A DNA stretch of 64,000 nucleotides from Candidatus Dadabacteria bacterium (GCA_963805855.1 CAWDVW010000002.1:480001-544000); one strand, 5' to 3'. Shown: positions 53,259 to 63,918, numbered from the stretch's first letter. Made by a program: numbers and translations. The notes: a model not told the origin generated them from the sequence alone.

Positions 53259-53759
53259 TTACGAAGCCGGAGAAGAGCTATTTGCCATTTCCCTGTCCAA
53301 AATAAGAAGCGCCGAGCTGTCATCTCCAGCCATTTTCAGATCGTCAACGATATCCCGAGCGCTTTTCTCCTCTTCAACCTGCTCCTTAATAAACCACTGC
53401 AATTCAACAGTTGTCGCATGATCTCCTTCATTCACGGCTTGGTCGTAAAGCTTGTTGATCATGCTCGTAACCTCTCTTTCATGTTCGAGAACCTGTTGAA
53501 ACATCTTTAAAAGCGAATTATATTTCGCCTGCGGCTGCCCAATTGCCTTTAAAACTATCTTGCCATCACGATCTATCACATAGTCGAAAAGCCGCATAGC
53601 ATGATCTAGCTCCTCTTTACTCTGACGCCTGAGCCAGGATGCAAATCCCCTCATGTTTATCGACTCGCAAAAGACACTCATTGAAAGGTAACTATATGAC
53701 GAGAAGTACTCATTATTTATCTGGTTATTCAAACCATCCTGCATTTCTTTACTTAACAT
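53259..53759 (-). CDS. ftnA: Non-heme ferritin
   Basis: LNNQINNE, EELDHAM, LQWFIKEQVEEE. Confidence 0.92.
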   Translation of the reverse strand: MLSKEMQDGLNNQINNEYFSSYSYLSMSVFCESINMRGFASWLRRQSKEELDHAMRLFDYVIDRDGKIVLKAIGQPQAKYNSLLKMFQQVLEHEREVTSMINKLYDQAVNEGDHATTVELQWFIKEQVEEEKSARDIVDDLKMAGDDSSALLILDREMANSSSPAS

Positions 53760-53977
53760 CTTTAACCTCCATGTAATTTATTAACGCAAACTGAACTGCG
53801 ACTGAGAATCAACTCTGTACTTAGCTCCGAAATTAATAATAAGTATTTCATTAAAATAGACTAAAATCAAGTAAATACCAGATGATAGTTATTACCATCT
53901 GGTGAAGTACGAGTCGAATCGTCATTAGCATCACTAATATGGAATGGGCTTTCGAATCCTTGGAAATATCTAACGTA

Positions 53978-54025
53978 TTGACAAAATGCTTTTAGAACGA
54001 TATTATCATACTAACTGGTTGGTAT
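53978..54025 (+). promoter_or_regulatory. Sigma70 promoter plus TetR-type operator 1
   Basis: TTGACA-17-TATTAT followed at once by ATACTAACTGGTTGGTAT. Confidence 0.75.
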
Positions 54026-54036
54026 CTTTTCAGAGA

Positions 54037-54662
54037 ATGAAAGAAAAAAGTAACATCAAAGAGCGGTTCATCAAAGCTGCTATAGATCTTATCTGTGCGC
54101 GTAGCTACAACACAGTGGGTGTCCAGGAATTATGTGACAATGTCGGGGTGACTAAGGGAAGTTTCTATCACTATTTCCCATCAAAGCGTGATCTTACACT
54201 GGCGGCTATAGATGAAATTTGGGCAATCATACCAACGGAATTTTCTAGAGCCTGTGTTCAGCTCGGATTTACCCATTTTGGAGAAGTTTCATCGACTCCT
54301 AGACTCAGTTTGTGATTACTATGATTCAGAGAAAAAAATTACCGGGAGAATGGCAGGCTGCAAATTGGGAAACATGTCCTTGGAGCTGAGCACACAGGAT
54401 GAAGTTTATAAGGAAAAGGCTAGACTTCGTGTTCAAACAATGGATCATGTACCTAAACAGCGTCCTCGAGGAGGCAGTCGTTGGTGGAGAGTTACCGGAT
54501 AATACAGATACTCACGCCTCCGCACAGTCTATCCTGGCTTATTTAGAAGGTCTTGTGCTCCTGGGAAAGACCTTTAATGATCCAAGTTTTATGAGACAGC
54601 ACGACTGGGGTATTCCCAAGTTAATTCTGTATAAATCAGAACATGCCGATGATGTGGGTTAA
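54037..54662 (+). pseudogene. TetR/AcrR (NemR-like) regulator with two frameshifts
   Basis: HTH KGSFYHYFPSK; GCKLGNMSLELS in the next frame; LEGLVLLGK in a third; shifts near 54221 and 54406. Confidence 0.85.
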
Positions 54663-54693
54663 GATGCGTAGGAATATATTTTTCCTTCTTTAC

Positions 54694-54711
54694 ATTCCGA
54701 CTGGTCGGTAT
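54694..54711. promoter_or_regulatory. TetR-type operator 2
   Basis: ATTCCGACTGGTCGGTAT, similar to operator 1, upstream of the peroxiredoxin-like gene. Confidence 0.7.
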
Positions 54712-54856
54712 CATCGCGAGATCTGAGTCTGAGATTCTAGGAAGGAAATTGTTAAAGTGTCATGGATGAAATATATGTATGCAAGAGTGATCGCTGGTGA
54801 TTTTGAATAAAAAATTTCCTATGTTTGCAAACCTAAATAAATAACGGAGGTGTAAG

Positions 54857-55514
54857 ATGAATTTACAAAGATGAGCTACAGGAGGTTTTCAATAGGGCTT
54901 CCCAAAAGTTTCCGCCAGATGTATTAGACACCATGCTTGGCACGACGCGCAGGCTAGTGGAAAGCGGAATTGCCGAAAAGTCTCTTAGGGTTGGAGATAA
55001 AGCCCCTAATTTTGATTTGCCAAACGCTAGTGGTGAGGCAGTAAGACTCAAGGAATTGCTTGACAAGGGTCCGGTCGTTCTAAACTTTTACCGTGGTGGC
55101 TGGTGCCCGTATTGCAATCTTGAATTGAACGCGTACCAAAGGCGCCTTCCAGAGATCAATCAGTTAGGAGCATCGCTTGTGGCAATTTCACCGCAAACTC
55201 CCGACAACTCATTATCCACTGCTGAAAAGAACGAATTGAAATTTCAAGTGTTAAGCGATGTCGGCAACAAAGTAGCAGATCAATTTGGACTGGTTTTTAA
55301 AGTGCCTACCGAACTCCAGGAACTATACAACAAGTTCGGTATTGTGTTGCCAAAATTCAACGGAGACGAATCCTGGGAACTTCCAATGCCCGGAACATAC
55401 GTCATAGATAAAGACGGTTCGGTGTCATATGCGTTTGCAAATGCCGATTACACAAAACGAGCAGAGCCTGATGAAGTAATAGCTAAGCTCGAAGAGATAA
55501 GCAATAAAGAATAG
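54857..55514 (+). CDS. AhpC/TSA peroxiredoxin-like protein with apparent frameshift near codon 4
   Basis: FYRGGWCPYCN; GGAGG precedes ATG 54857, which rejoins the frame if one A of CAAAG is removed. Confidence 0.85.
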
Positions 55515-55876
55515 GCCACCGAAAGGGTCTTATATAGTACTTCGTTAAGGTGGAATTTATGACTGCCAGCATGGTTTCAATTGATGGTGGCCCAGCCCCA
55601 ACATAAATCGTATTCGCTTATTATTGCCATTGCACATTGCATGATGGCTGAGGCCAATTCAACAAGTTCACAGGTGATGCAACCCATAGAGTCTGATACA
55701 TCAAGATTTTAGCTGAGAATTATTGGGGAGCCACACCAGATGGGTTCTTCATCCTTCTCACGGGCTGCGTTTTCGCAGAACGGTAGCCTTGAGACGCTAT
55801 GGAATCAAGGAGCGAAATATGGAGTCAAACCGTCACCCGTAGAGGTTAAAGTCAATAGAACAAGGGAGGGAAAATC

Positions 55877-55990
55877 ATGGAATTTAGAGAAGTTGTTGGC
55901 AATAGGAGATCAATAAGAAGCTACGCTGATAGGCCCGTCGAAATGGAAAAAATCCAGGTTATACTCGAAGCGGCTCGCCTTGCACCTTGG
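55877..55990 (+). pseudogene. Truncated nitroreductase N-terminus
   Basis: MEFREVVGNRRSIRSY...ILEAARLAP, then similarity ends. Confidence 0.7.
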
Positions 55991-56134
55991 GTACTGCCTC
56001 CCCTTTGTCAAGCCCGGTTTAAATTGGAAAACATGAAGAATTCCATTCTTCTGACTAAATCAGATATTCGTACCTTGACATTACATTGCAAAGTCTAGTA
56101 GAGTTTTATTAAAGATGAGTACAGGAGGAGAAAT

Positions 56135-56545
56135 ATGAGATTTATTTCAAGTTCAACAATATTCCTTTTAGTTCTTGCTATATTTTTGTCAATAATTAGC
56201 ACTAACCTTAATATTGCAGTAGCGGATGATTCGTTGGATGGCAAATCTTTTTTAGTCGAACTGTCTGAAACGAAAAAAAATGAAGTTACTAAAGATGAGT
56301 TGATTTTTAAGGATGGGACTTTCTTCTCTGTCGAGTGTGACCAGTACGGCTTTGGTCCCGCGTCGTATGAATCGAAGTCAAAAGGCGACACTATTTTGTT
56401 CGAATCCACACTCGTAAGTGATACAGAAGGAAAATCGGAATGGGAAGGTTCGGTTCAAGGTGACAAAATTACCGGAACGTCTATATGGTCAAAGGAAGGT
56501 CAGGACCCGATTATATATACCTACGAAGGTAATATGAAGAAATAG
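56135..56545 (+). CDS. Hypothetical secreted protein
   Basis: AGGAGG RBS, signal peptide, beta-rich body. Confidence 0.75.
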   Translation: MRFISSSTIFLLVLAIFLSIISTNLNIAVADDSLDGKSFLVELSETKKNEVTKDELIFKDGTFFSVECDQYGFGPASYESKSKGDTILFESTLVSDTEGKSEWEGSVQGDKITGTSIWSKEGQDPIIYTYEGNMKK

Positions 56546-56913
56546 CTTTGTAGTCCTCATAAGTGCGGCTCGTTTCCACTGTGCTTTTAGGATTTCACCT
56601 GCTTAATTCCGCGAGTTCTTAATGGGAAGCAGTATACAAATGGTATGATGCATGAGTTATATAATTACTGTTGATCCTTGTACTGGTCCCCTCTTGTAGA
56701 CTCGCTTTAAGTTGAAATTAGGACGTGCTAAGCACTTACTGGATATTATTCTCAGCTACTCACGCGTTATGCTAAATAAGTCTTATCTGTTCTTAGAGTA
56801 TAGACTTATTTTAGGTAGCTCAGGACACCGCGCCGTCTACTCATCCGCGATTCGCAAATGTTCCTCGCTAGCGACATGTCGGGACGGGCTTAATCGGGGG
56901 ATCCACTGTTCGA

Positions 56914-56961
56914 TTTTTTATTTTCTTTGTCTTGATACAAAGAAGCAAAAATCAAGGGCTG
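56914..56961. repeat. Palindromic repeat, copy 2 (inverted relative to 25854-25900)
   Basis: TTTTCTTTGTCTTGATACAAAGAAGCAAAAATCAAGGGCTG. Confidence 0.8.
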
Positions 56962-57215
56962 ATAAAAAATTAGGAATTGATCTACCCTTTTGTAAAGTAA
57001 AGCAGCCTTTGTCAGGCCTTGCCATGAGACCAGATATGCGCCGAGATTAAACAACCTCTTGAAGTCCGATAAATCGCATACGGAAACTACGGTTTGAAAA
57101 ATCGTTATTGCTCACGGTTTACTTAAATGAAAACCCTCCATATAATAAGTAGTTAGACGCTATCACGCGATCGGAGTCATTTCAATCTGCCGAACCATCA
57201 CGAAAGGAGATGAGC

Positions 57216-57639
57216 ATGTCAACGGATCACAAAGAAACATCAAGGCAACTTCTCGAGTTGTGGGGTGACAACGACGTTGCACAAATCAGACGACTACTTC
57301 GCTGAGAATTACGTAAACCACCAAATGCCCGACGCCGCGAGGCGGCACGTCTGTTATCTCGCTGGAAGAATGGAAGTCCTTGGTGGCTGACTTCCACCAA
57401 GGATTCTCCAATGTGAAGATGGAGGTTCTCGCTGCAGGTTGCCGAAGGTAACTACGTCTGTTCGCGGTGGCGAATGACGGCCGAGCACACGGGCGAAGTT
57501 TCGAGAGTTTGCAGCGACCGGCAAAACAACCACTTGGACCGGGACCCACACCGATCGCTACGAAGGTGGCAAGCTTGTCGAGAGTTGGGTCGATTGGGAC
57601 AAGTACAGCTTTCTTGAAGGCTTGGGATTGCTACCCTAG
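57216..57639 (+). pseudogene. SnoaL-like ester cyclase with about four frameshifts
   Basis: Frame-stitched DYFAENYVNHQ..FHQGFSNVKME..QVAEGNYVCSRWRMTAEHTG..ATGKTTTWTG..GKLVESWVDWD; AAGGAG RBS. Confidence 0.75.
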
Positions 57640-57729
57640 CGGTGAAACCGGCAGAGCCTGGCCCTTTAGGTGTCATCGAGTGTATCAGAGATATTGCCAC
57701 CAGAGAACGACACATAATGTTCACTTATT

Positions 57730-58206
57730 ATGATGATAAAAGAACAAGGAATTCGGCTCGAGTTCTCAGACGGACGTCAAACCCTGAGCTCACTAACTGA
57801 AATCAACAAAGCCTTTCAGGAAATAGGCTCACGAATTTGGCCTCTCGACCTCAGGGCCGAACCCCACGACATCAAAAAACTCCTTAATAAGCCAACCCTG
57901 ACAACGGAGGAGTCGGATAGGCTTTTGAATCACTTCCTTTTGTCCCGTGAGCGCCTCCTTGAAATCATCATTAGTGCAGGCAGGGAGGCTCACGTGCCAG
58001 GCGGCGGCTTCGTGAATCACCACCGTTCCCCAAATGGAGAGATACTTTCGCTTTACGTAGATTGTCCTGGAGAAGACACCGGTTGGATATTGACATACGA
58101 CGGCGGGTATCCGCACGTCGGGAGCATCAGCGGCGCCCAGCCCGGGACTAAGGCACTTGTGCAGGTCATCGGACCAGAGACTTGGGTAATGAGATATGAT
58201 GTGTGA
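57730..58206 (+). CDS. Hypothetical protein, possibly internally deleted
   Basis: Protein-like 158-aa ORF; no family recognised with confidence. Confidence 0.45.
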   Translation: MMIKEQGIRLEFSDGRQTLSSLTEINKAFQEIGSRIWPLDLRAEPHDIKKLLNKPTLTTEESDRLLNHFLLSRERLLEIIISAGREAHVPGGGFVNHHRSPNGEILSLYVDCPGEDTGWILTYDGGYPHVGSISGAQPGTKALVQVIGPETWVMRYDV

Positions 58207-58357
58207 TTCACCGAAGCTCTTCTCATCTGAAATTCACAAGAAGTAATTCTGATCAATTTTATGTGGCTTTAACTGATCCCAGCTTGTGAACAACAAGGAC
58301 GCGTAGAAATTACAAATTGGAAATGTATTCTCACTTTAATCGTACTGAATTTCTTAT

Positions 58358-59944
58358 TTAGCTACCGGCTAATTCTAATCCTCGCTCGTTCAAAATTACC
58401 TGCGCTGCATTTCTTCCAGGCATGAACGATATTCCGGGTCCGGGGTAACTTCCTGAACCGCAAAGATAAACATTATCTAGAGGGGTCTTATACTGTCCCA
58501 ATTCAGGAATGGGCCGCATCGTGCCACTCTGATATGGTAATAATGCGCCATGAATCCAGGTCCCATGAACAGCGCTACTGACCTTGTTTTCCTGATCAAT
58601 AGGGGAGTGCACCACTCGTCTCAAAATGGATTTTTTCAGATTCTTAATATAGCCGCGATTAAGTATGTCGATAATGCGGTCGGCAAAAGCCTCTTTAACC
58701 TCAGCCCAATTTCTTGCGTTTATGATTCCCGCAGCGTCGCCCCGAATTTCATAGGGAACAGTATGTACCAATATTTTGATCAGCCCCTTACCCTTGGGTG
58801 CTCGCCCTGGATCGATGACGGATTCATTACATATCACCAAGAATGGTTCTTTCGGGAGTAAACCGGCCCGACATTCGGCTGCCGTACGACTTGCGTAATC
58901 AAGAGTTGGTTGGCTTGCATGAACATAAGCAGCAGAAGCAGCACTTTTACCAGCTATATAATCCAGGGGACTATTTAGCGAAATATACATGACAATATTT
59001 GATAATCCCCAGTCATAATTTTTCATCTTCTCCACGATAGTTTTTCCAACGGATCTTTCCCCCAACAGCTCAACAATCAAAGTTCTGGGATCAATACTGG
59101 ACGCGATGACTTCATTTACATTTATAATGTCACCATCTCCCAAGGTAACCCCCATAGCTCGATTACCTTCGGTCAAAATTTTCTTGACACCGGCCTCGGT
59201 AATTATCTCACCACCCGCATCAGAGAATGAAGCAGACAACGCTTTGATTAGGTTGGACATACCACGCTTTATAGCCTTATTGCCATAATCCTGGACGATG
59301 CAATCAAATAACCACGCGAGTTTGCCTCCACCGACGTCGTCCGGGGACATACCAGTATGAAGAGCAAATGACCCCAGAAAACACTTTATCTTCTCGGATT
59401 CAAAGTTCTCGTCACAAAAACTCCTCAAGGTTTGCATGTCAAATCTATATTCTTCCAGACCATTTGTTTTGTTTTCCAAATATGTAATATAAGCCGAGAG
59501 CTTATCAGGCGGTGAATTCAATGCCTTGATAATGTCTTCTTTAGAATCAAGCCATTTTCGATAAAGCGATCTCCATTTTGATGCATCGAACTTAGACAGT
59601 TTCGAAAGAACGTCACAAGTATCTTCAAAATTACGACTCATATGGAGCGAGTCACCATCTGGAAAAGCGTGAGCAAAGGGGATATCCGGTGTAATAAATT
59701 CTAAACCATAATCTAAAAGGTTTAACTCATTTGCAGCTGGCGATAAGCTCGCAAACTGATAACCAAAAGCGTGCACATCAGAACGAAACCCCGGCTGCGT
59801 AATTTCTTCCGTGATTGACATTCCTCCGATCATGCTATTCTTTTCCACAATCACTGTTCTAAAGCCCGCTTTTGCAAGATAACACGCACACGCTAAACCA
59901 TTATGACCCGCGCCGATTACAAGTGCATCATATTCTTTTGCCAT
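58358..59944 (-). CDS. Phytoene dehydrogenase-like FAD-dependent oxidoreductase
   Basis: IGAGHNGL, YLCGSGSYPGPG, GRNAA; start moved to ATG 59944. Confidence 0.88.
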   Translation of the reverse strand: MAKEYDALVIGAGHNGLACACYLAKAGFRTVIVEKNSMIGGMSITEEITQPGFRSDVHAFGYQFASLSPAANELNLLDYGLEFITPDIPFAHAFPDGDSLHMSRNFEDTCDVLSKLSKFDASKWRSLYRKWLDSKEDIIKALNSPPDKLSAYITYLENKTNGLEEYRFDMQTLRSFCDENFESEKIKCFLGSFALHTGMSPDDVGGGKLAWLFDCIVQDYGNKAIKRGMSNLIKALSASFSDAGGEIITEAGVKKILTEGNRAMGVTLGDGDIINVNEVIASSIDPRTLIVELLGERSVGKTIVEKMKNYDWGLSNIVMYISLNSPLDYIAGKSAASAAYVHASQPTLDYASRTAAECRAGLLPKEPFLVICNESVIDPGRAPKGKGLIKILVHTVPYEIRGDAAGIINARNWAEVKEAFADRIIDILNRGYIKNLKKSILRRVVHSPIDQENKVSSAVHGTWIHGALLPYQSGTMRPIPELGQYKTPLDNVYLCGSGSYPGPGISFMPGRNAAQVILNERGLELAGS

Positions 59945-60183
59945 TAAACGACTCCATATCAGTTCTCGCTCTCTACGGAATTCGCGAATTCGAGAACATT
60001 TACCTTTGTCAGTGTCGCGGAATTCCGAATCAAAAAAAGCTATATTCAAAATGATTTTCTGTCAAAGCCCTGGTTAATTTATTTCAAATCTCTTATAATC
60101 GTGTTCTTCGGTTTGTGACTATTGTAACAACCATATTTTGTTTATAATCTTAGAAAATAAAAAAGGATTTGAATTCTTAAAAT

Positions 60184-61317
60184 ATGAAGATTTTGATATC
60201 GTTACTTTTGACATCATTCTTGATTAACAATCTTTACGTCCCTACTGGCAACACTGAAGAACACATTAAGCATAATAATACGAATCAGGATCCTGCATCT
60301 GTTACAAAAGTGCTTTTAAACCATCGCATAAGTAATTCCGCTCCGATCGAACTTGGCAAAGTAAACTGGCTGCGTAATTTCGATGAGGCAGTTAAGCAGT
60401 CTCAACATCAAAACAAGCCGCTCCTAGTTTTATTCCAGGAGGTCCCAGGGTGCAACACAGCTTCGGGGTACGGAAAAATTGTTCTGAGCGAGCCACTCAT
60501 TGTAGAAGCGGTGGAATCTCTGTTTGTTCCGATTGCCATCTACAACAATATTGGGGGACACGACTCGAAGGTACTTACATCCTTTGGTGAGCCATCCTGG
60601 AATAACCCCGTTGTTAGAATAATGACACCTGATCGGAAAGAACTCGCACCAAGGTTAAGTGGGGATTACTCAAAGCTGGGTCTGGTCACCTTAATGATTC
60701 GCGCACTTGAAAACGATAATCAGATTGTCCCTAATTATTTAAGGCTTCTGAAGGAGGAACTTAACGCACGTGTAAGTGGGATGGACAAGGCTGTATTTGC
60801 AATGAGCTGCTTCTGGTCGGGTGAGGAGACTCTCGGAAGGATCGAAGGCGTAATTTCCACAAATCCTGGATTTATGAAGGGGCACGAGGTAGTAGAAGTG
60901 CAATATAATCCTGATCTAATTTCATATAATGACCTTCTTAACAGAGCAAGACATGGCCAGGTTGCCGACCATGTATTCGTGAATGACGGAAACCAAAAAA
61001 ATGTAGCAGAAAAGGTGGTGGGAAAATCTTCTGTTTCCGATATCACCGATTTTAGACCCGACAGTGATCCTAAGCATTACCTATCACAAACTATCTATAA
61101 ATATATTCCGATGACTTCGCTTCAGGCATCGCGTGTAAACGCGGCAATAGGGAGTGACGCATCTCCCGATAATTATCTATCACCCAGGCAGCTTGAGCTT
61201 TTGAAATATGTTAAGAACCATCCAGAAATTAAGTGGCAAAGCACCGTTGACCTGGATTTTCCTGATGCGTGGGAATCAGCAATGACTCTGATGAATAGAA
61301 AGGTTGGAATGAAATGA
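60184..61317 (+). CDS. Exported VPGUxxT-family thioredoxin-like protein (Cys form) with MsrA-like domain
   Basis: LFQEVPGCNT, EPSWNNPVVR, AVFAMSCFWSGE, EVVEVQYNP. Confidence 0.8.
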   Translation: MKILISLLLTSFLINNLYVPTGNTEEHIKHNNTNQDPASVTKVLLNHRISNSAPIELGKVNWLRNFDEAVKQSQHQNKPLLVLFQEVPGCNTASGYGKIVLSEPLIVEAVESLFVPIAIYNNIGGHDSKVLTSFGEPSWNNPVVRIMTPDRKELAPRLSGDYSKLGLVTLMIRALENDNQIVPNYLRLLKEELNARVSGMDKAVFAMSCFWSGEETLGRIEGVISTNPGFMKGHEVVEVQYNPDLISYNDLLNRARHGQVADHVFVNDGNQKNVAEKVVGKSSVSDITDFRPDSDPKHYLSQTIYKYIPMTSLQASRVNAAIGSDASPDNYLSPRQLELLKYVKNHPEIKWQSTVDLDFPDAWESAMTLMNRKVGMK

Positions 61318-61434
61318 AACTCTCCGTAGGTTATCAACATAGAAACGAAACGCACTTTCTTTAATTCCGAGTAATCCCGATTAGTGCCGAATGAAACCAA
61401 GTAATTAAGCTTTTAGGAAGGAGATCGCTTCGTT

Positions 61435-62088
61435 CTACTCGCGATGACAAAAAACCGCCTCAAAAAAATGGGGACTGTACCTTCGAGGACTGTCCCCATT
61501 TTTACGTAGGCTTTCAACGTAGGAAATTAATTCAGGGAAGAAATTCTCAAAATGAGCTTGAAGTTCCCCAAAGTTTAATTTCACCTCTTCTATTGCACCA
61601 TGCAGGTTATTTCCCCTGTTAAACCTTCTCTCCATTCTCTTGGATATCCTGTCCAACGTAACTCCAATTGCATCCAGATATCGATAAGAACCAAGCCAGT
61701 CCTCTTCAATCATCCTAGGAACCGCGAACTTCAGATCCCCAGGGAGAAGCCTCCTATACCTCTTCAGGATTGAGTATGAATTGCCAATGAACGTATCCAG
61801 ATCCAGTTTGGAATATGACGACCAGTTCTTTGCCAGAAAGTGATCAAAAACAACATCAATTATGATTCCGGCAAATCTTCGTCTCTCCGAGCTGAATAGC
61901 TTTCTACCTTTCAAAACCATGTCATGGGCATCGGTAAAAGCGTCGACTTTGCGGTGAGTGTTGATCGCCGCGAGGATTCCCCTAGGGTATTGATCAACCA
62001 GAGGTCCCTTAACGAAATCCGCAATAATACTCCCAAGTATAGAATCCTCTGCGTCCTCTGAGAGATAAAGATGTGCCAGATAATTCAT
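61435..62088 (-). CDS. acpH: Acyl carrier protein phosphodiesterase
   Basis: MNYLAHLYLS, DFVKG, HRKVDAFTD, DVVFDHFLA. Confidence 0.9.
   Translation of the reverse strand: MNYLAHLYLSEDAEDSILGSIIADFVKGPLVDQYPRGILAAINTHRKVDAFTDAHDMVLKGRKLFSSERRRFAGIIIDVVFDHFLAKNWSSYSKLDLDTFIGNSYSILKRYRRLLPGDLKFAVPRMIEEDWLGSYRYLDAIGVTLDRISKRMERRFNRGNNLHGAIEEVKLNFGELQAHFENFFPELISYVESLRKNGDSPRRYSPHFFEAVFCHRE
61462..61503. repeat. Palindromic repeat AAAATGGGGAC...GTCCCCATTTT, copy 2
   Basis: Matches 43806-43849; lies inside the 3' end of the acpH ORF. Confidence 0.85.
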
Positions 62089-62125
62089 AATATGCTTTAC
62101 ACACTAATAACCAGCGATAATAACA

Positions 62126-63427
62126 TCATTGTGAACATTCGGTAAAATTATCAACTATCACGCAGGATATGACTTCTTCTCCCTCTACATTTCTAATAGA
62201 TACATTCCAGCCGTCCTCAAATTGTTCCATAGTTACAAAGCCAAAATCATCGAGGTTTACTCCCTCGTTTACCGTAGTGCCAGCGATTTCCAGCCCGGCC
62301 AGTGGTACGCTGATGGGTTGATCCAGCTCTGTCCCGCTAAAGCCGACCACGAACTGAGGAGGCGTGTCACCAACAAAATTCAACATTTCAAAAAAATGAA
62401 TATGGCCCGATAACACGAGATTTATCCCCGGCTTAAGCGAGCTTCCTGTAGACTCTTGAAGAGTCGCATTTATACGAAAAAGGTCACCGTCGAATTCCCC
62501 AATTCCCCAGACCGGGTGATGAGTTACGAGCCAGGCATTATTTCCGGCAATCTCACTCAGAGCATCAATCTGCGCTGAATAAACATCCACTAGATCCTGA
62601 GGCGCATCATCATCCTGAGCGCTCGCAGAATCGAGCATTAAAAGTTGAACTAATCCTATGTCTATAGAATATGGCGGCGTAAATTCCTCACATTCCGGGA
62701 ATGGAGGATTGGGATCAAGAAATCGGAACCACCCTTTTCCAGCGCGTGTACACATCTCATGGTTACCCCGCGTGAAGACCCAGGGTGCAGATTTTAACAA
62801 TGAGGAAGCAGGTGAAAAGAAGTCGGCGTCCCAGGTTTCCCAGTTGTCTCCGAACGGCGAGCCCGCACAACCCATATTCCCTGCCGGACATGGTGATTCA
62901 CGATACAGATAATCGCCAACATGTATAACGAGGTCCGGGCCCCACTCGGCTGCGCTCTCGGCTATTTTTTCAAACGGCCAGGCTTCTGGGTCATTACAGG
63001 CCTGAACATCGTCACCCTTAATCCTGCATCCAGCATCACCAATAACCACCAAGCGCTTAGGATTTTGCTTGGGCAATTTCAGTCTTCGATCCGCGATTGA
63101 TGCGGAAGTTGTTCCAGATGGGATGATAGTCTCGCATACCAGGACAGGGAAGTCCTTTTCAGATGGTTCTTCTCGAACCTCCATCTGCTGCAACAAACCA
63201 TCCAATCTTATGTCTGGGCACGTTGGGTTTTCCGTAATAACACGAGCAAATACCTCTCCCGAAGGTCCCATCTGAACCCACATGGATTGAATCCCACTAC
63301 TTGATGACCCAGAATGGTCATCACATGCGAGAGTAAATAAACTAAGAGCGGATAGAAGATAGAAAAACAGAATCGGTGATCGAGACTGAATATTTAACCC
63401 AGGCCAGAATTTAGATCGCGTGTCCAC
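62126..63427 (-). CDS. Metallophosphoesterase lipoprotein
   Basis: Lipobox TLAC; GDAG, HVGDY, RGNHE, THHP, SGHIH. Confidence 0.88.
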   Translation of the reverse strand: MDTRSKFWPGLNIQSRSPILFFYLLSALSLFTLACDDHSGSSSSGIQSMWVQMGPSGEVFARVITENPTCPDIRLDGLLQQMEVREEPSEKDFPVLVCETIIPSGTTSASIADRRLKLPKQNPKRLVVIGDAGCRIKGDDVQACNDPEAWPFEKIAESAAEWGPDLVIHVGDYLYRESPCPAGNMGCAGSPFGDNWETWDADFFSPASSLLKSAPWVFTRGNHEMCTRAGKGWFRFLDPNPPFPECEEFTPPYSIDIGLVQLLMLDSASAQDDDAPQDLVDVYSAQIDALSEIAGNNAWLVTHHPVWGIGEFDGDLFRINATLQESTGSSLKPGINLVLSGHIHFFEMLNFVGDTPPQFVVGFSGTELDQPISVPLAGLEIAGTTVNEGVNLDDFGFVTMEQFEDGWNVSIRNVEGEEVISCVIVDNFTECSQ

Positions 63428-63486
63428 TATTTATCTACCTAACCCTCTGGTATTGATTACTATCATTCCCATTTTATCAGAAAAAG

Positions 63487-63918
63487 TTATTCTATCCCAA
63501 CCAGCTCGACATCAAATACAAGAGTCGCATTTTCAGGGATCACCGGTGGAAACCCTCTGGCGCCATAGCCAAGCTCCGGTGGGATTATTAATTGCCGCTT
63601 TCCACCAACCTTCATGTCTGCAATTCCTTCGTCCCATCCTTTAATTACTTGACCAGTACCCAGAACGAACTCAATAGGCTCACCTCTTTTGATTGAGCTG
63701 TCAAAGACCGTACCGTCTTTCAATTTCCCGGTATAATGTACCTTTACCTTTTGACCAGTTTTCGGCATTGAGCCATTTCCTTCTTCAATCACGATATATT
63801 CCAGACCGGATTCAGTTTTATGCACCTTGGGTTTCTCCTCCTCTCCTGCAAAGGTTGATTTACATACTATGAAAAATGACAGGTATACAAGAGCCAATGG
63901 TAAAACAATTCTTATCAT
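63487..63918 (-). CDS. FKBP-type peptidyl-prolyl isomerase, exported
   Basis: [30 protein letters not shown]. Confidence 0.95.
   Translation of the reverse strand: MIRIVLPLALVYLSFFIVCKSTFAGEEEKPKVHKTESGLEYIVIEEGNGSMPKTGQKVKVHYTGKLKDGTVFDSSIKRGEPIEFVLGTGQVIKGWDEGIADMKVGGKRQLIIPPELGYGARGFPPVIPENATLVFDVELVGIE

Noticed and set aside
53825-53855. Possible Fur box upstream of ferritin
   Set aside because: Only a loose AT-rich match, indistinguishable from background.
56712-57050. 112-aa ORF
   Set aside because: Runs across the palindromic repeat (FLCLDTKKQKSR derives from it); TTG start without a clear RBS.
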